IMG/VR virus record: IMGVR_UViG_3300033233_000007
Length of the DNA stretch: 64,000 bases
Reading direction: 5' to 3' (one strand)
Source of the DNA: a virus
Taxonomy: Duplodnaviria > Heunggongvirae > Uroviricota > Caudoviricetes
Made by a program: the position numbers and the translations under genes. Below, piece by piece: positions 29,696 to 37,533 of this stretch (position 1 is its first letter; every line of letters starts with the position of its first letter). The notes below the pieces were generated by a model. That model was given only the letters and a program-made list of their open reading frames with translations. It ran no database searches and was not told the DNA's origin.

Positions 29696-30898
29696 GTGAA
29701 AGTTCGCTACCGTTTTCGCTTTTACCCATCCGACGAACAGAAATTCGAGCTTGCCCGCGTCTTCGGCGCCTGCCGGTACATCTACAACTGGGCGCTTCGG
29801 ATGCGCACGGACGCCTACTATAAGGACGGCGTCTCCGTCGGGTACTGCGAATCCAGCACCCGGCTCACCGCGCTCAAACGCGATCCCGAACACGCCTGGC
29901 TCAACAAGACTTCCTGCGTTCCCACGCAACAGGCGCTTCGCCACCTCCAGACGGCGTTCGTCAACTTCTTCGAGAAGCGTAGCGCATATCCGAAGTTCAA
30001 GCGTAAGGACGGTGAGCAGTCTGCCGAGTACACAAGGTCCGCGTCCAAGTGGGACGCTAAGAACCGTAACCTCGAACTCTCTGGCCTCGGAAGACTCAAG
30101 GTCCGCTGGTCCCGCAACTTCAAAACTCCTCCGACCACCATCACCGTAACCAAGGACACGGCGGAACGCTACTTCGTCACGCTCTGTCTGGACGAGACGG
30201 TTTTGAAGCTCGAACCCGTTCACAAAGCCGTCGGCATTGACCTCGGCATCATGGCTCTCGCCACCCTTTCCACAGGCGAGAAAATCGAGAATCCGCGGCA
30301 CCTGATCCGTGCCCAAGCCGCGCTCACCCACGCCCAGCGCGATCTGTCCCGTAAGTCCAAAGGATCGAACCGGCGTGCCGCTCAAAAGCTCAAGGTCGCC
30401 AAGCTTCACGCCCACGTCGCCGACGCCAGAGTCGACTACCTGCATAAAATCACCACTGATCTCGTGCGCCGTTTCGACGTGATCGCCGTCGAGAACTTGA
30501 ATGTCCGCGGCATGGTTAAGAACCACAACCTTGCCCGCGCTTTGAGCGACGCGGCCCTCGGCGAGTTCCTGTCGATGATCCGGTACAAGTGCGAATGGTA
30601 CGGACGCGAGCTTCGGACGGTGGACCGTTTCTACCCGTCCACGAAGCGATGCTTCGACTGCGGACACGTTCTGGAGGAACTTGATCTCGGTTGCCGCGTC
30701 TGGACGTGTCCCGAGTGCGGCAAGGAGCATGATCGCGATGTGAACGCCGCGAAGAATATTCTGGCGGCCGGACAGGCCGTGACTGCGCGTGGAGGGAAGG
30801 TAAGACCTAAGCGGGACAGTCACCGCAAGGGCGCATCCCTGAGAAGCGCGAACCATCTTGAAGCTACGCATATAGTTTCAGGAATCCCCGGACTTTAG
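29696..30898 (+). CDS. tnpB: TnpB (IS200/IS605-family OrfB, RuvC-like + zinc finger)
   Basis: N-terminal RYRFYPSDEQ...YNWAL and a C-terminal CFDCGH...WTCPECGKEHDRDVNAAKNI. Confidence 0.8.
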   Translation: MKVRYRFRFYPSDEQKFELARVFGACRYIYNWALRMRTDAYYKDGVSVGYCESSTRLTALKRDPEHAWLNKTSCVPTQQALRHLQTAFVNFFEKRSAYPKFKRKDGEQSAEYTRSASKWDAKNRNLELSGLGRLKVRWSRNFKTPPTTITVTKDTAERYFVTLCLDETVLKLEPVHKAVGIDLGIMALATLSTGEKIENPRHLIRAQAALTHAQRDLSRKSKGSNRRAAQKLKVAKLHAHVADARVDYLHKITTDLVRRFDVIAVENLNVRGMVKNHNLARALSDAALGEFLSMIRYKCEWYGRELRTVDRFYPSTKRCFDCGHVLEELDLGCRVWTCPECGKEHDRDVNAAKNILAAGQAVTARGGKVRPKRDSHRKGASLRSANHLEATHIVSGIPGL

Positions 30899-30909
30899 TC
30901 CGGGGAGGA
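30879..30909 (+). mobile_element. IS605-type right-end hairpin (CCCCGGACTTTAGTCCGGGG) plus GAGGATGTCAA at the 3' end of tnpB; a likely omega-RNA scaffold end
   Basis: Perfect palindrome at the tnpB stop. The same end recurs at 51600-51725. Confidence 0.55.
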
Positions 30910-31034
30910 TGTCAAGCGACGCGCCGCTTCCACCTTCGGCCAGAGCAGGCGTGCGGCCGCACGGACGGCATCAGCGCGGGACACGCAGAGGTCGGCGGCG
31001 TACGCGTCAAGGATCGCCAGCGTCTTTTCGTCGG

Positions 31035-31659
31035 ATGAAGCGCCGTCCCTATCTCAAGCAGTCCCGGTATCTTGGCACCGTGGACCGCATCGATGCCGCC
31101 GCGCAGGCCGCCGACATCCGCTACGCCATTTTTGGCGGCACGGCGGTCAACTGGTATTCTAATCCCCCCGCCGACGATCGATATCGACGTAGCCGTAGAA
31201 CCCGACGAAGAAAGCATATCTGCGTTTATCGCCGAACTCGACCTGCGAGGCATCAGGTCCACAAGCCAAGAAATCCATGACCGGGGGATCGCGACCGTTA
31301 TCCTCGTGGATGGAAAGTCCAAGCTGAAGGTTGAGGTGATGTCCGGCTACGCGCCGAGCCATATCTCCGCCGTCGTTAACGCGGTCCGCGTCCGCGTGGG
31401 CGCCGTCTCGTTTAATCTCGTTACCCCGGAAGACCTGATCGTCAACAAGGCTATGGCCTACTTCGACCGGCATGAGCGCAAGGACATGTGCGCTGTGGTT
31501 GACTTGCTTCGTATCAAGCACGGCAAACTCGACGAGGATCACATGACCTCTCTCATGGGACGGGAGGGTCGCGAGGCCGTATTCCGCACGATCATGAACA
31601 TCGCCAAACGCGGCCTCAGAAAGTCGCCGTTGCTTGACCGCGCAAAGGCGCAGAGGTAG
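31035..31659 (+). pseudogene. nucleotidyltransferase (MNT/AbiEii-like) interrupted by a +1 frame change at a C6 tract (about 31157)
   Basis: Frame A reads ...AIFGGTAVNWYSNPP and frame B reads TIDIDVAVEPDE...; together they reconstruct a GGTA...TIDIDV nucleotidyltransferase motif. It is paralogous to 40449..41087. Confidence 0.5.
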
Positions 31660-31668
31660 CATAACTCC

Positions 31669-31965
31669 ATGCTCCAAGTCGTGCCTACCGGCAAGCCCTG
31701 CTCGACCTGCGGTTACGAGACGTCGTACACGATGCTGCGGCAATACGAGGACGAAGAGACGATCGGCTGGCTCTGCGATTGCTGCGACATCGAGTGGTGC
31801 AAGGAGACGATGACGGGTAATCTTCTCGCTACGAAGGAGAGCTACAAGGCGCTCGCTCGTGAGTTCGTGAAAAAGCGATTCGAGTGGACGGCCGAGGACC
31901 GCGAGGAGCCGCACCATGTCAGGATGAATCGTGTCCTGAAGGCGCATTTTGGCGTGGGGACGTAA
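31669..31965 (+). CDS. hypothetical zinc-ribbon protein
   Basis: ORF with CxxC...CDCC. Confidence 0.35.
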   Translation: MLQVVPTGKPCSTCGYETSYTMLRQYEDEETIGWLCDCCDIEWCKETMTGNLLATKESYKALAREFVKKRFEWTAEDREEPHHVRMNRVLKAHFGVGT

Positions 31966-31967
31966 AA

Positions 31968-32311
31968 TGTACGAATACGGCGCGCGAATTGTCGAGATCA
32001 TCGACGGAGATTCTCTTAAAGCGACCGTCGATCTCGGTTTCAGCATCTTTCCCAAGCAGTCGCTTCGTCTCTACGGGATCAACACGCCCGAGCTTCATGG
32101 CGTAGCCGACCCGAAGCCGGGCCTCGCGGCGAAGGCGTTCTTGGCGTCGCTCGTCGAAGGCAAGGATGTGGTAATCCGCACGCGAAAGGACGCACGAGAG
32201 AAGTACGGCCGTTTACTTGCTGAAGTGCTCTTGGCCGGGATCACTACGAGCGTCAACCAGCAGATGATCGACGCGGGACACGCCAAGGCGTATTTTGGCG
32301 GAGCGCGGTAA
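31968..32311 (+). CDS. thermonuclease (SNase-like)
   Basis: Segment IIDGDSLKA...LRLYGINTPE, SNase-like. Confidence 0.6.
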
Positions 32312-32329
32312 GGTCCGAGACTTCAGGAG

Positions 32330-33268
32330 GTGTACATGCCGGTGCAAGTCGTGTTCGCAATTGCCCTTGGCGCTGTCGCCGTGCTCGCTTATCTCGTCTA
32401 CGGCGTTGCGAAGTACGGTGCCGTGCGGTCGCCGAAGCTCAAAAAGCCGCCGTTGAAATACGACAAGGCCGCGTTCATGCGCGACGCCGCGGACCTCACG
32501 ATCCCTCTCGATGAGATTTTGGAAAAGTGCGACGGTGCCGTACCGAGAGAAGATGACCGGCGCGTTGTCGCTGAGGAGATAGTAGAGGCGCGCAAGCGGG
32601 CTGAAGTCGAGTCGGTTTACGTCCCCCGCGGCGTCCAGTACATCGTCGAGACGCTCCCGCAACGTCCGGTCCTCAGACCTATCCGCCATCCTCTGTACGA
32701 CACACTCATCATTCGCGAAAACGGCCTCATGCACGGCATCTCCGATCGCGTGAATTTGTTCACCGCCCCGCGGAACTTTCCCGACGGGGCGTCCAAAGGC
32801 CCCCAGGACACAAACATGATTCTAAGCGGCCAACTGGGTACGCCGTTGGAGTACGACATCGTCGCGATCGACATGCACGTCGTCGACTACGCGAAGGCCG
32901 AAGACGTGCGCAAAGTCCTGTCGGCGCTGACATGCCGCTGGTTTTTCGGAAGCTGTACGTGCTGGCTCACGATCCCTGCCGGCGGGTTCGAACCGTATCT
33001 CTGCAATGGGGCTGCCGGAGATGCTCTGGGCCTTTCGAAGAATCTTGACGAGTACGTGGAGGAACCGCAAAAGCAGGTGAGCGCGTTCATGAACATGGGC
33101 GCCGTCTGGCCGTTCTACCGCCAGGTTTTCACGACGCCGGATCGCCTCGCGCGCAGGATCACGTCTTGTGAGAGCTTCTGGCTCGAGGTCATCGGCAAGT
33201 GCGCACCGCTGTCCGGCCCCGTCGCGCTGAAGTTCTTGACGCGGGGCGTGTTGTACCAGCAATTTTAG
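32330..33268 (+). CDS. hypothetical protein with an N-terminal TM segment
   Basis: ORF with a GGAGG RBS. Confidence 0.4.
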   Translation: MYMPVQVVFAIALGAVAVLAYLVYGVAKYGAVRSPKLKKPPLKYDKAAFMRDAADLTIPLDEILEKCDGAVPREDDRRVVAEEIVEARKRAEVESVYVPRGVQYIVETLPQRPVLRPIRHPLYDTLIIRENGLMHGISDRVNLFTAPRNFPDGASKGPQDTNMILSGQLGTPLEYDIVAIDMHVVDYAKAEDVRKVLSALTCRWFFGSCTCWLTIPAGGFEPYLCNGAAGDALGLSKNLDEYVEEPQKQVSAFMNMGAVWPFYRQVFTTPDRLARRITSCESFWLEVIGKCAPLSGPVALKFLTRGVLYQQF

Positions 33269-33269
33269 G

Positions 33270-33503
33270 ATGCCGATGACCCGTCTTGAAGTTTATCTCG
33301 CCCTGGAGAAAGTGATGATGGCGCTTGGCGACGCCGATGATTCGCTGGCGGATGAAGTCCGCGACGTCATGGACGGCATCTGGCACGGGCTTTCCGTCGA
33401 CGACCGCAAGGTTCTTGACAATCAGCAGATCGTGACGGGAAAGCAGTTCGTCGGTGAAGGGCTTACGCTCACGGTCGGCGATTCGTTGTGGACGCAGCTT
33501 TAG
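33270..33503 (+). CDS. hypothetical protein
   Basis: ORF. Confidence 0.3.
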   Translation: MPMTRLEVYLALEKVMMALGDADDSLADEVRDVMDGIWHGLSVDDRKVLDNQQIVTGKQFVGEGLTLTVGDSLWTQL

Positions 33504-33967
33504 CCACCGCGACGAGGCACGATAAGATGGACGCGACAATCGCAGAACATATTCGGCTTGCCAGAGAAGGACTACTGAATTATGAAGAGTCTGAAGCGCG
33601 CGGCGTCGAAGTTAGGTTTCCCTTTCGTCAGATGACCAAGAAATTCGGTAAGGCGTATATCGAATACTTGGAGGCCTCTTACGCCAGCTTCACCTTTAGC
33701 GTCTACTTCGGCGTTTATTATCCGCTGTCGGAGTGGCAAGTGCGCCATGGCGGGGTTCCCGACTCGTTTGTTGCGCGGATACGAGAAGTAGTAGGGGAGT
33801 GGTGGCTCTGCCAACCGGACCCGTCGAGCCCCAGTTCGTATACCACTTTCGTTCCCGGTGAAGATGATCCTATGAAATGCAGTAAGCCCGGAGCCGTGAT
33901 GGTGAAATTTAAGGACCTTTGGAAAACGGGATTCCCTGGCGAGGAAGGTCCGATGGTGGTGGCGTGA
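33488..33967 (+). CDS. hypothetical protein
   Basis: ORF. Confidence 0.35.
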   Translation: MDAALATATRHDKMDATIAEHIRLAREGLLNYEESEARGVEVRFPFRQMTKKFGKAYIEYLEASYASFTFSVYFGVYYPLSEWQVRHGGVPDSFVARIREVVGEWWLCQPDPSSPSSYTTFVPGEDDPMKCSKPGAVMVKFKDLWKTGFPGEEGPMVVA

Positions 33968-33977
33968 GCGGTCTATA

Positions 33978-34283
33978 CTAAACCGGTGGTTTCCAGTTCC
34001 GCCACTGCTCGCAGCCGTTAAGCACGCGCTGAAGCTCTTCCTTCACGGCCATCAGCCGCGCGTCCGGCTTGCGGAACTCGACGACTTCGATGAGACGGAT
34101 CATGCCGCGGGCGAAGTCGTCGATCTCTTCGTTCCAGCGATCGAGGACCTCGGCGTCATCCTTCGTAGCCGCCCAGCCGTGGAGGTCGCTGTCGACGCGG
34201 AACATTTCCTTCACGGACTGTTCGACGAAGCGGATGAGCCACTCGCCTTCGAGGGCGTTGCGGATGTCGGCGTCGATGTCCAT
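33978..34283 (-). CDS. hypothetical protein (101 aa), translationally coupled to the upstream HNH gene (TAATG)
   Basis: ORF MDIDADIRNALEGEW.... Confidence 0.35.
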   Translation of the reverse strand: MDIDADIRNALEGEWLIRFVEQSVKEMFRVDSDLHGWAATKDDAEVLDRWNEEIDDFARGMIRLIEVVEFRKPDARLMAVKEELQRVLNGCEQWRNWKPPV

Positions 34284-34882
34284 TACGGCTCCAGCGGCAC
34301 ATTCCAGTAGGCCCTGTTGACGAACGCGTCCCACGATTCGCGGCGGTGCATCACGGGCACGACGAGCGCGGGCGTCCACTTGGGCTTGACGGGCATCTTG
34401 CGCAGGCGCATCTTCGCCTCGACGGGCGTGCGGTTGGCCTTGCGCTTGTTGCAGTCGATGCACGCTACGACGCTGTTTTCCCAACTGGAGATGCCCCCGC
34501 GGGACCGGGGGATCACGTGGTCGAGCGTGAGGTTCGCCAGGCCCGGTTGAATGCCGCAGTACATGCAGACGTAGCGGTCGCGCTTGAAGATGTTGCGGCG
34601 GGAAAAGACGATCTCGCGTGCGGGGACGCCGTCGTAGAACGTCATGACCATGACTTCGGGTACGCGGATGCGCAGCCGGATCGTGGAGATGTGGGGTTTG
34701 TTCTCCTCCGCACGCACGGCCGCCCAGTCGTCGAAGTCGTAGGTCTGGTACGTCTTGGGCTCGACGAACTTTGCGGAGCCCTTGCACACGAGGTTGATGG
34801 CGTTCTTTACGGTGTCGAGGCGTACGGGTAGCCAGTTCTTGTTGAGGCTCAGGACCGGCCACGTCAGGCAATCGGCGTTCAT
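34283..34882 (-). CDS. HNH endonuclease
   Basis: HNH core CMYCG...LTLDHVIPRSRGG...CIDCNKRK. Confidence 0.75.
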   Translation of the reverse strand: MNADCLTWPVLSLNKNWLPVRLDTVKNAINLVCKGSAKFVEPKTYQTYDFDDWAAVRAEENKPHISTIRLRIRVPEVMVMTFYDGVPAREIVFSRRNIFKRDRYVCMYCGIQPGLANLTLDHVIPRSRGGISSWENSVVACIDCNKRKANRTPVEAKMRLRKMPVKPKWTPALVVPVMHRRESWDAFVNRAYWNVPLEP

Positions 34883-34918
34883 GGGGTCATCTTACCTTTA
34901 TATAGATGGAGATGCCAA

Positions 34919-34993
34919 TAGGCGCGGCTGGATTTGCACCAGCAAGCCGCCCGGTTTAAGCAGGCGAGGTATACTAATTCCCGTCACGCGCCC
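34919..34993 (-). tRNA. tRNA, anticodon UAA (Leu-type anticodon, class I structure, weak D-arm)
   Basis: Hand-folded cloverleaf. Acceptor GGGCGCG/CGCGCCT, anticodon arm GCCUG-CUUAAAC-CGGGC, T-arm GCUGG-UGCAAAU-CCAGC. Confidence 0.35.
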
Positions 34994-34995
34994 GT

Positions 34996-35071
34996 TGGTA
35001 TCCCCGCCCGGAGTCGCGCCGGGTTCTGCGCCTTCGGAGGGCGCCGTGTTTCTATCGTACACCACGGGGAC
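34996..35071 (-). tRNA. tRNA-Arg(CCG)
   Basis: Hand-folded cloverleaf. Acceptor GUCCCCG...CGGGGAU-A-CCA, anticodon loop CUCCGAA. Confidence 0.55.
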
Positions 35072-35125
35072 GCTCTTAAAGAAAACGGCCGTTTCCTTTA
35101 AGAGCGTTTCGAGCTTTCAAAGAGC

Positions 35126-35201
35126 GTTTGAAAAATGGTATCCCCGCGTGGACTCGGACCACGACTTCCGCCTTCGTAGGGCGGCGCTCTGTCCAATTGA
35201 G
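35126..35201 (-). tRNA. tRNA-Arg(ACG)
   Basis: Canonical cloverleaf. D-arm GCUCAAUUGGACAGAGC, anticodon loop CUACGAA, CCA encoded. Confidence 0.75.
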
Positions 35202-35232
35202 CTACGGGGACATCGTACTGTCAAAGAGCGAA

Positions 35233-35308
35233 TGGAACCCTCGGCGGGAGTTGCACCCGCATGATCCCGTTTAGGAAACGGGTGCCTCTTCTTTTCGGCC
35301 ATGAGGGC
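35233..35308 (-). tRNA. tRNA-Arg(CCU) (weak; overlaps the 3' end of the HNH ORF)
   Basis: Acceptor has one mismatch. Anticodon arm CCCGU-UUCCUAA-ACGGG, T-arm GCGGG-UGCAACU-CCCGC. Confidence 0.35.
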
Positions 35309-35897
35309 CATGGTTTCCAAAGAACGTACCTCCGGCGGCCCAGTTCCCAAACAGTCCAAGTTTTCGTGCTGCACGCATTCCGCCAACTACTTTAAGCCAC
35401 GCCTTGTACGGCATATCGCGCCGTGTCCAATTGCATCTGATGCAAGCGGGAACGACGTTGTCGCGGACGTGGCCCTTGGTATTGTCGATGCGATCAAGTG
35501 AAATCTTCATGTCTGATGGCGTTGCCCCACAATAAACGCATCCGCGTGAGATTGAGTCGCGCACAAAATCTCTGGTCAAGTCGAACAGAAGTCCTCGTTT
35601 TCTGTCTTCATCTCTAGCATCCTTCATTATGAGGAAGTCGCGATTTATGCCGAGACGTCTCCATCTCCTGAGTTTGGCTTTGTACTTAGCTTGTTTCCGG
35701 GTATAGGCTACCGGCGACGTTCGCCGCTTCCCCCGTAAGGTGTTGTCGCACGCCTTACATCGTGTTCGAGGCCACCGTTTTCCGTTCACAATTCGCTCGT
35801 AGAACATGTCTACTGGCTTGGGCCTCTTACACAACGTACAGCGTTTATGGTCGGACATAGTTCCGACCATAGTAGTGAACGGTGGTGGGGACTTCAA
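35271..35897 (-). CDS. HNH homing endonuclease inserted in the tRNA array
   Basis: HNH core CVYCG...ISLDRIDNTKGHVRDNVVPACIRCN. Start probably MVGTMSDHK. Confidence 0.7.
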   Translation of the reverse strand: MKSPPPFTTMVGTMSDHKRCTLCKRPKPVDMFYERIVNGKRWPRTRCKACDNTLRGKRRTSPVAYTRKQAKYKAKLRRWRRLGINRDFLIMKDARDEDRKRGLLFDLTRDFVRDSISRGCVYCGATPSDMKISLDRIDNTKGHVRDNVVPACIRCNWTRRDMPYKAWLKVVGGMRAARKLGLFGNWAAGGTFFGNHGPHGRKEEAPVS

Positions 35898-35919
35898 GGA
35901 ATTTGACCTTGAAGTCCCC
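35887..35919. repeat. 13-bp-stem hairpin GGGGACTTCAAGG-aatttga-CCTTGAAGTCCCC
   Basis: Direct reading. It lies between tRNA-Pro(CGG) and the HNH start. Confidence 0.8.
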
Positions 35920-35920
35920 G

Positions 35921-35994
35921 TCGGAGTCTCCGGACGTGCGCCGGGCCTATGCCTGTTCCCGAAACAGGTGGGGCGCTATCTCCCCATGACTCCG
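35921..35994 (-). tRNA. tRNA-Pro(CGG) (non-canonical T-loop)
   Basis: Acceptor CGGAGUC/GACUCCG, D-stem GGGG/CCCC, anticodon loop UUCGGGA. Confidence 0.45.
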
Positions 35995-36003
35995 GTCAAA
36001 GAA

Positions 36004-36074
36004 TCGGCCCGCCGGGATTCGCACCCGGATCAAGCTCTTATAAAGAGCCCGTTCTACTGTTGAACTACGAGCCG
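36004..36074 (-). tRNA. tRNA, anticodon UAU (Ile-type)
   Basis: Hand-folded cloverleaf. D-arm GUUCAACAGUAGAAC, anticodon loop UUUAUAA, T-arm CCGGG-UGCGAAU-CCCGG. Confidence 0.5.
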
Positions 36075-36075
36075 A

Positions 36076-36151
36076 TGGTCAGGGCGGCGGGACTCGCACC
36101 CGCGGTCTCCACGTCCCAAGCGTGGCGCGTTGGCTGCTACGCTACGCCCTG
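36076..36151 (-). tRNA. tRNA-Pro(UGG)
   Basis: Full cloverleaf. Anticodon arm CCACG-CUUGGGA-CGUGG, CCA encoded. Confidence 0.7.
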
Positions 36152-36152
36152 A

Positions 36153-36239
36153 TGGTGCGCTTGAGAGGATTTGCACCTCCACGAGTTTTACCTCACCGGC
36201 CCCTCAAGCCGGCGCGTCTGCTGGTTCCGCCACAGGCGC
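36153..36239 (-). tRNA. tRNA-Leu(GAG) (class II, long variable arm)
   Basis: Anticodon arm CCGGC-UUGAGGG-GCCGG with a 14-nt variable arm. CCA encoded. Confidence 0.6.
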
Positions 36240-36244
36240 GAAAT

Positions 36245-36330
36245 TGGTGGGCCCGAGAGGGTTTGCACCTCTACGCTTATTAGGCACCGGCTTCTGAGAC
36301 CGGCGTGTCTGCTAATTCCACCACGGGCCC
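36245..36330 (-). tRNA. tRNA-Leu(CAG) (class II)
   Basis: Anticodon loop CUCAGAA with a long variable arm. Acceptor GGGCCCG/CGGGCCC. Confidence 0.6.
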
Positions 36331-36331
36331 G

Positions 36332-36405
36332 TGCCCTCGACAGGATTCGCACCTGCATGCCGACGCTTTTGAGGCGTCGAGGTCTTCTAGTTGCCTCACG
36401 AGGGC
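36332..36405 (-). tRNA. tRNA, anticodon CAA (Leu-type anticodon but class I structure)
   Basis: Acceptor GCCCUCG/CGAGGGC is perfect. Anticodon arm GACGC-CUCAAAA-GCGUC, T-arm GCAGG-UGCGAAU-CCUGU. Confidence 0.4.
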
Positions 36406-36441
36406 GTGAGAATCTGTTTCTCAAAGAACGATCCGACTCCA

Positions 36442-36516
36442 TGGTGGCCCCGCTGGGACTCGCACCCAGGTCTCCTGCTTAAGAGGCAGGCCGTCTAGCT
36501 GCTGACATACGAGGCC
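36442..36516 (-). tRNA. tRNA-Lys(CUU)
   Basis: Anticodon arm CCUGC-CUCUUAA-GCAGG, T-arm CUGGG-UGCGAGU-CCCAG. CCA encoded. Confidence 0.65.
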
Positions 36517-36520
36517 GTCA

Positions 36521-36595
36521 TGGGGTCGGCGGGAATCGAACCCGCGTGAAGCTCGGTTAAAAGCCGAGTGCAAAGCCAGCGTTTGCTACGACCCC
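36521..36595 (-). tRNA. tRNA-Lys(UUU)
   Basis: Acceptor GGGGUCG/CGACCCC. Anticodon arm CUCGG-CUUUUAA-CCGAG, T-loop UUCGAUU. Confidence 0.6.
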
Positions 36596-36636
36596 TTGGA
36601 TTTGCCGTCGCGTTTCAAGCGACACCTCCTGAAAAA

Positions 36637-36710
36637 TGGCAGCCCGCCGCGGATTCGCACCGCGATCCTGACTTTGAAAAAGTCATATCCTGCTCTTAGA
36701 CGAGCGGGCC
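36637..36710 (-). tRNA. tRNA-Glu(UUC)
   Basis: Anticodon arm UGACU-UUUUCAA-AGUCA, T-arm CGCGG-UGCGAAU-CCGCG. CCA encoded. Confidence 0.6.
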
Positions 36711-36866
36711 ATCAGTGGGCGTAGCGGGGGAGCATCTTGCGCATACTCATCGGGAACCTGACCCTACTCTGGGCGGGTCTTTGCCAGCTAACCGCTTACC
36801 CTCGGGAGGCTTGGCCCGATCCCTTTGCGCCAGTGCTGGCAGCCCCCGCGCTTCGCCCACTAAAAT
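36711..36866 (-). ncRNA. about 150-nt structured non-tRNA element closed by long-range helices (GTGGGCG/CGCCCAC and GGGGG/CCCCC)
   Basis: No ORF and no cloverleaf could be built. Complementary termini at 36714-36735 and 36842-36862. Strand is assumed from the surrounding tRNAs. Confidence 0.3.
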
Positions 36867-36941
36867 TGGTACCCCGAAGGAGAGTCGAACTCCCGTTTTC
36901 GCCTTGAGAGGGCGGTGTCCTGGCCGCTAGACGACCGGGGC
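36867..36941 (-). tRNA. tRNA-Glu(CUC)
   Basis: Anticodon arm CCGCC-CUCUCAA-GGCGA, T-arm GGGAG-UUCGACU-CUCCU. CCA encoded. Confidence 0.6.
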
Positions 36942-36942
36942 A

Positions 36943-37017
36943 TGGAACCCACGGAGGGAATTGCACCCTCATGACCGATTTAGAGGATCGGCGTCCTGTC
37001 TGTTGAACGACGTGGGC
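36943..37017 (-). tRNA. tRNA-Arg(UCU) (C33 in the loop)
   Basis: Anticodon arm CCGAU-CCUCUAA-AUCGG, D-stem GUUC/GGAC. CCA encoded. Confidence 0.5.
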
Positions 37018-37018
37018 A

Positions 37019-37097
37019 TGGCTCCGGCGGCAGGAGTCGGACCTGCGACTGCCCGCTTAACAGGCGGGTACCTCAAACCGACAGAGGCATCACCGGA
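37019..37097 (-). tRNA. tRNA-Asn(GUU)
   Basis: Anticodon arm CCCGC-CUGUUAA-GCGGG, T-arm GCAGG-UCCGACU-CCUGC, with a long D-loop. Confidence 0.55.
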
Positions 37098-37098
37098 G

Positions 37099-37172
37099 TG
37101 GAGCCGCCGACCCGAATTGCACGGGCATCTGAACTTTACGAAAGTTCTGTTCTGCTGTTGAACTACAGCGGC
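37099..37172 (-). tRNA. tRNA-Thr(CGU)
   Basis: Anticodon arm GAACU-UUCGUAA-AGUUC, D-arm GUUCAACAGCAGAAC. CCA encoded. Confidence 0.6.
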
Positions 37173-37173
37173 A

Positions 37174-37250
37174 TGGAGGCCGCGGCGTGACTTCCACACG
37201 CTACATCCGCCTTTGCAGGGCGGCGCTTCGTATACTTTGGCTTCGCGGCC
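37174..37250 (-). tRNA. tRNA-Cys(GCA) (weak D-arm)
   Basis: Acceptor GGCCGCG/CGCGGCC. Anticodon arm CCGCC-CUGCAAA-GGCGG. Confidence 0.5.
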
Positions 37251-37271
37251 GTGAATCGGCAGATGGATGGA

Positions 37272-37363
37272 TGGCGGAAGGTGAGGGAGTTGCACCCCCG
37301 TCGCCCTTGCGAGGCGCACGGTTTAGCGGACCGTCCCGGCGAACTGTCATCCGGCTACCTTCC
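37272..37363 (-). tRNA. tRNA-Ser(GCU) (class II)
   Basis: Acceptor GGAAGGU/ACCUUCC. Anticodon arm ACGGU-CCGCUAA-ACCGU with an 18-nt variable arm. Confidence 0.6.
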
Positions 37364-37364
37364 G

Positions 37365-37450
37365 TGGGGGAGGGCAACGGAATTGCACCGTCACGCGAGA
37401 TGCGCGGTCCAGTTTTCGAGACTGGTTGGGCACTGCGCCCACTGCCCTCC
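37365..37450 (-). tRNA. tRNA-Ser(CGA) (class II)
   Basis: Anticodon arm CCAGU-CUCGAAA-ACUGG with a 16-nt variable arm. D-stem UGGG/CCCA. Confidence 0.6.
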
Positions 37451-37458
37451 GTGAAATT

Positions 37459-37532
37459 TGGTCCCGGCGGGTGGAGTCTCACCACCGTTTCATCTTCATG
37501 AGGGATGCGTCTTGATCTTAGACCACACCGGG
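37459..37532 (-). tRNA. tRNA-Met(CAU), elongator-type
   Basis: Anticodon loop CUCAUGA, T-arm GGUGG-UGAGACU-CCACC. CCA encoded. Confidence 0.55.
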
Positions 37533-37533
37533 A

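Noticed and set aside
33978-34871. 297-aa minus-strand ORF overlapping the HNH gene
   Set aside because: Alternative frame of the HNH and downstream small gene with an Arg/Pro-rich shadow translation. The HNH frame has the conserved motifs.
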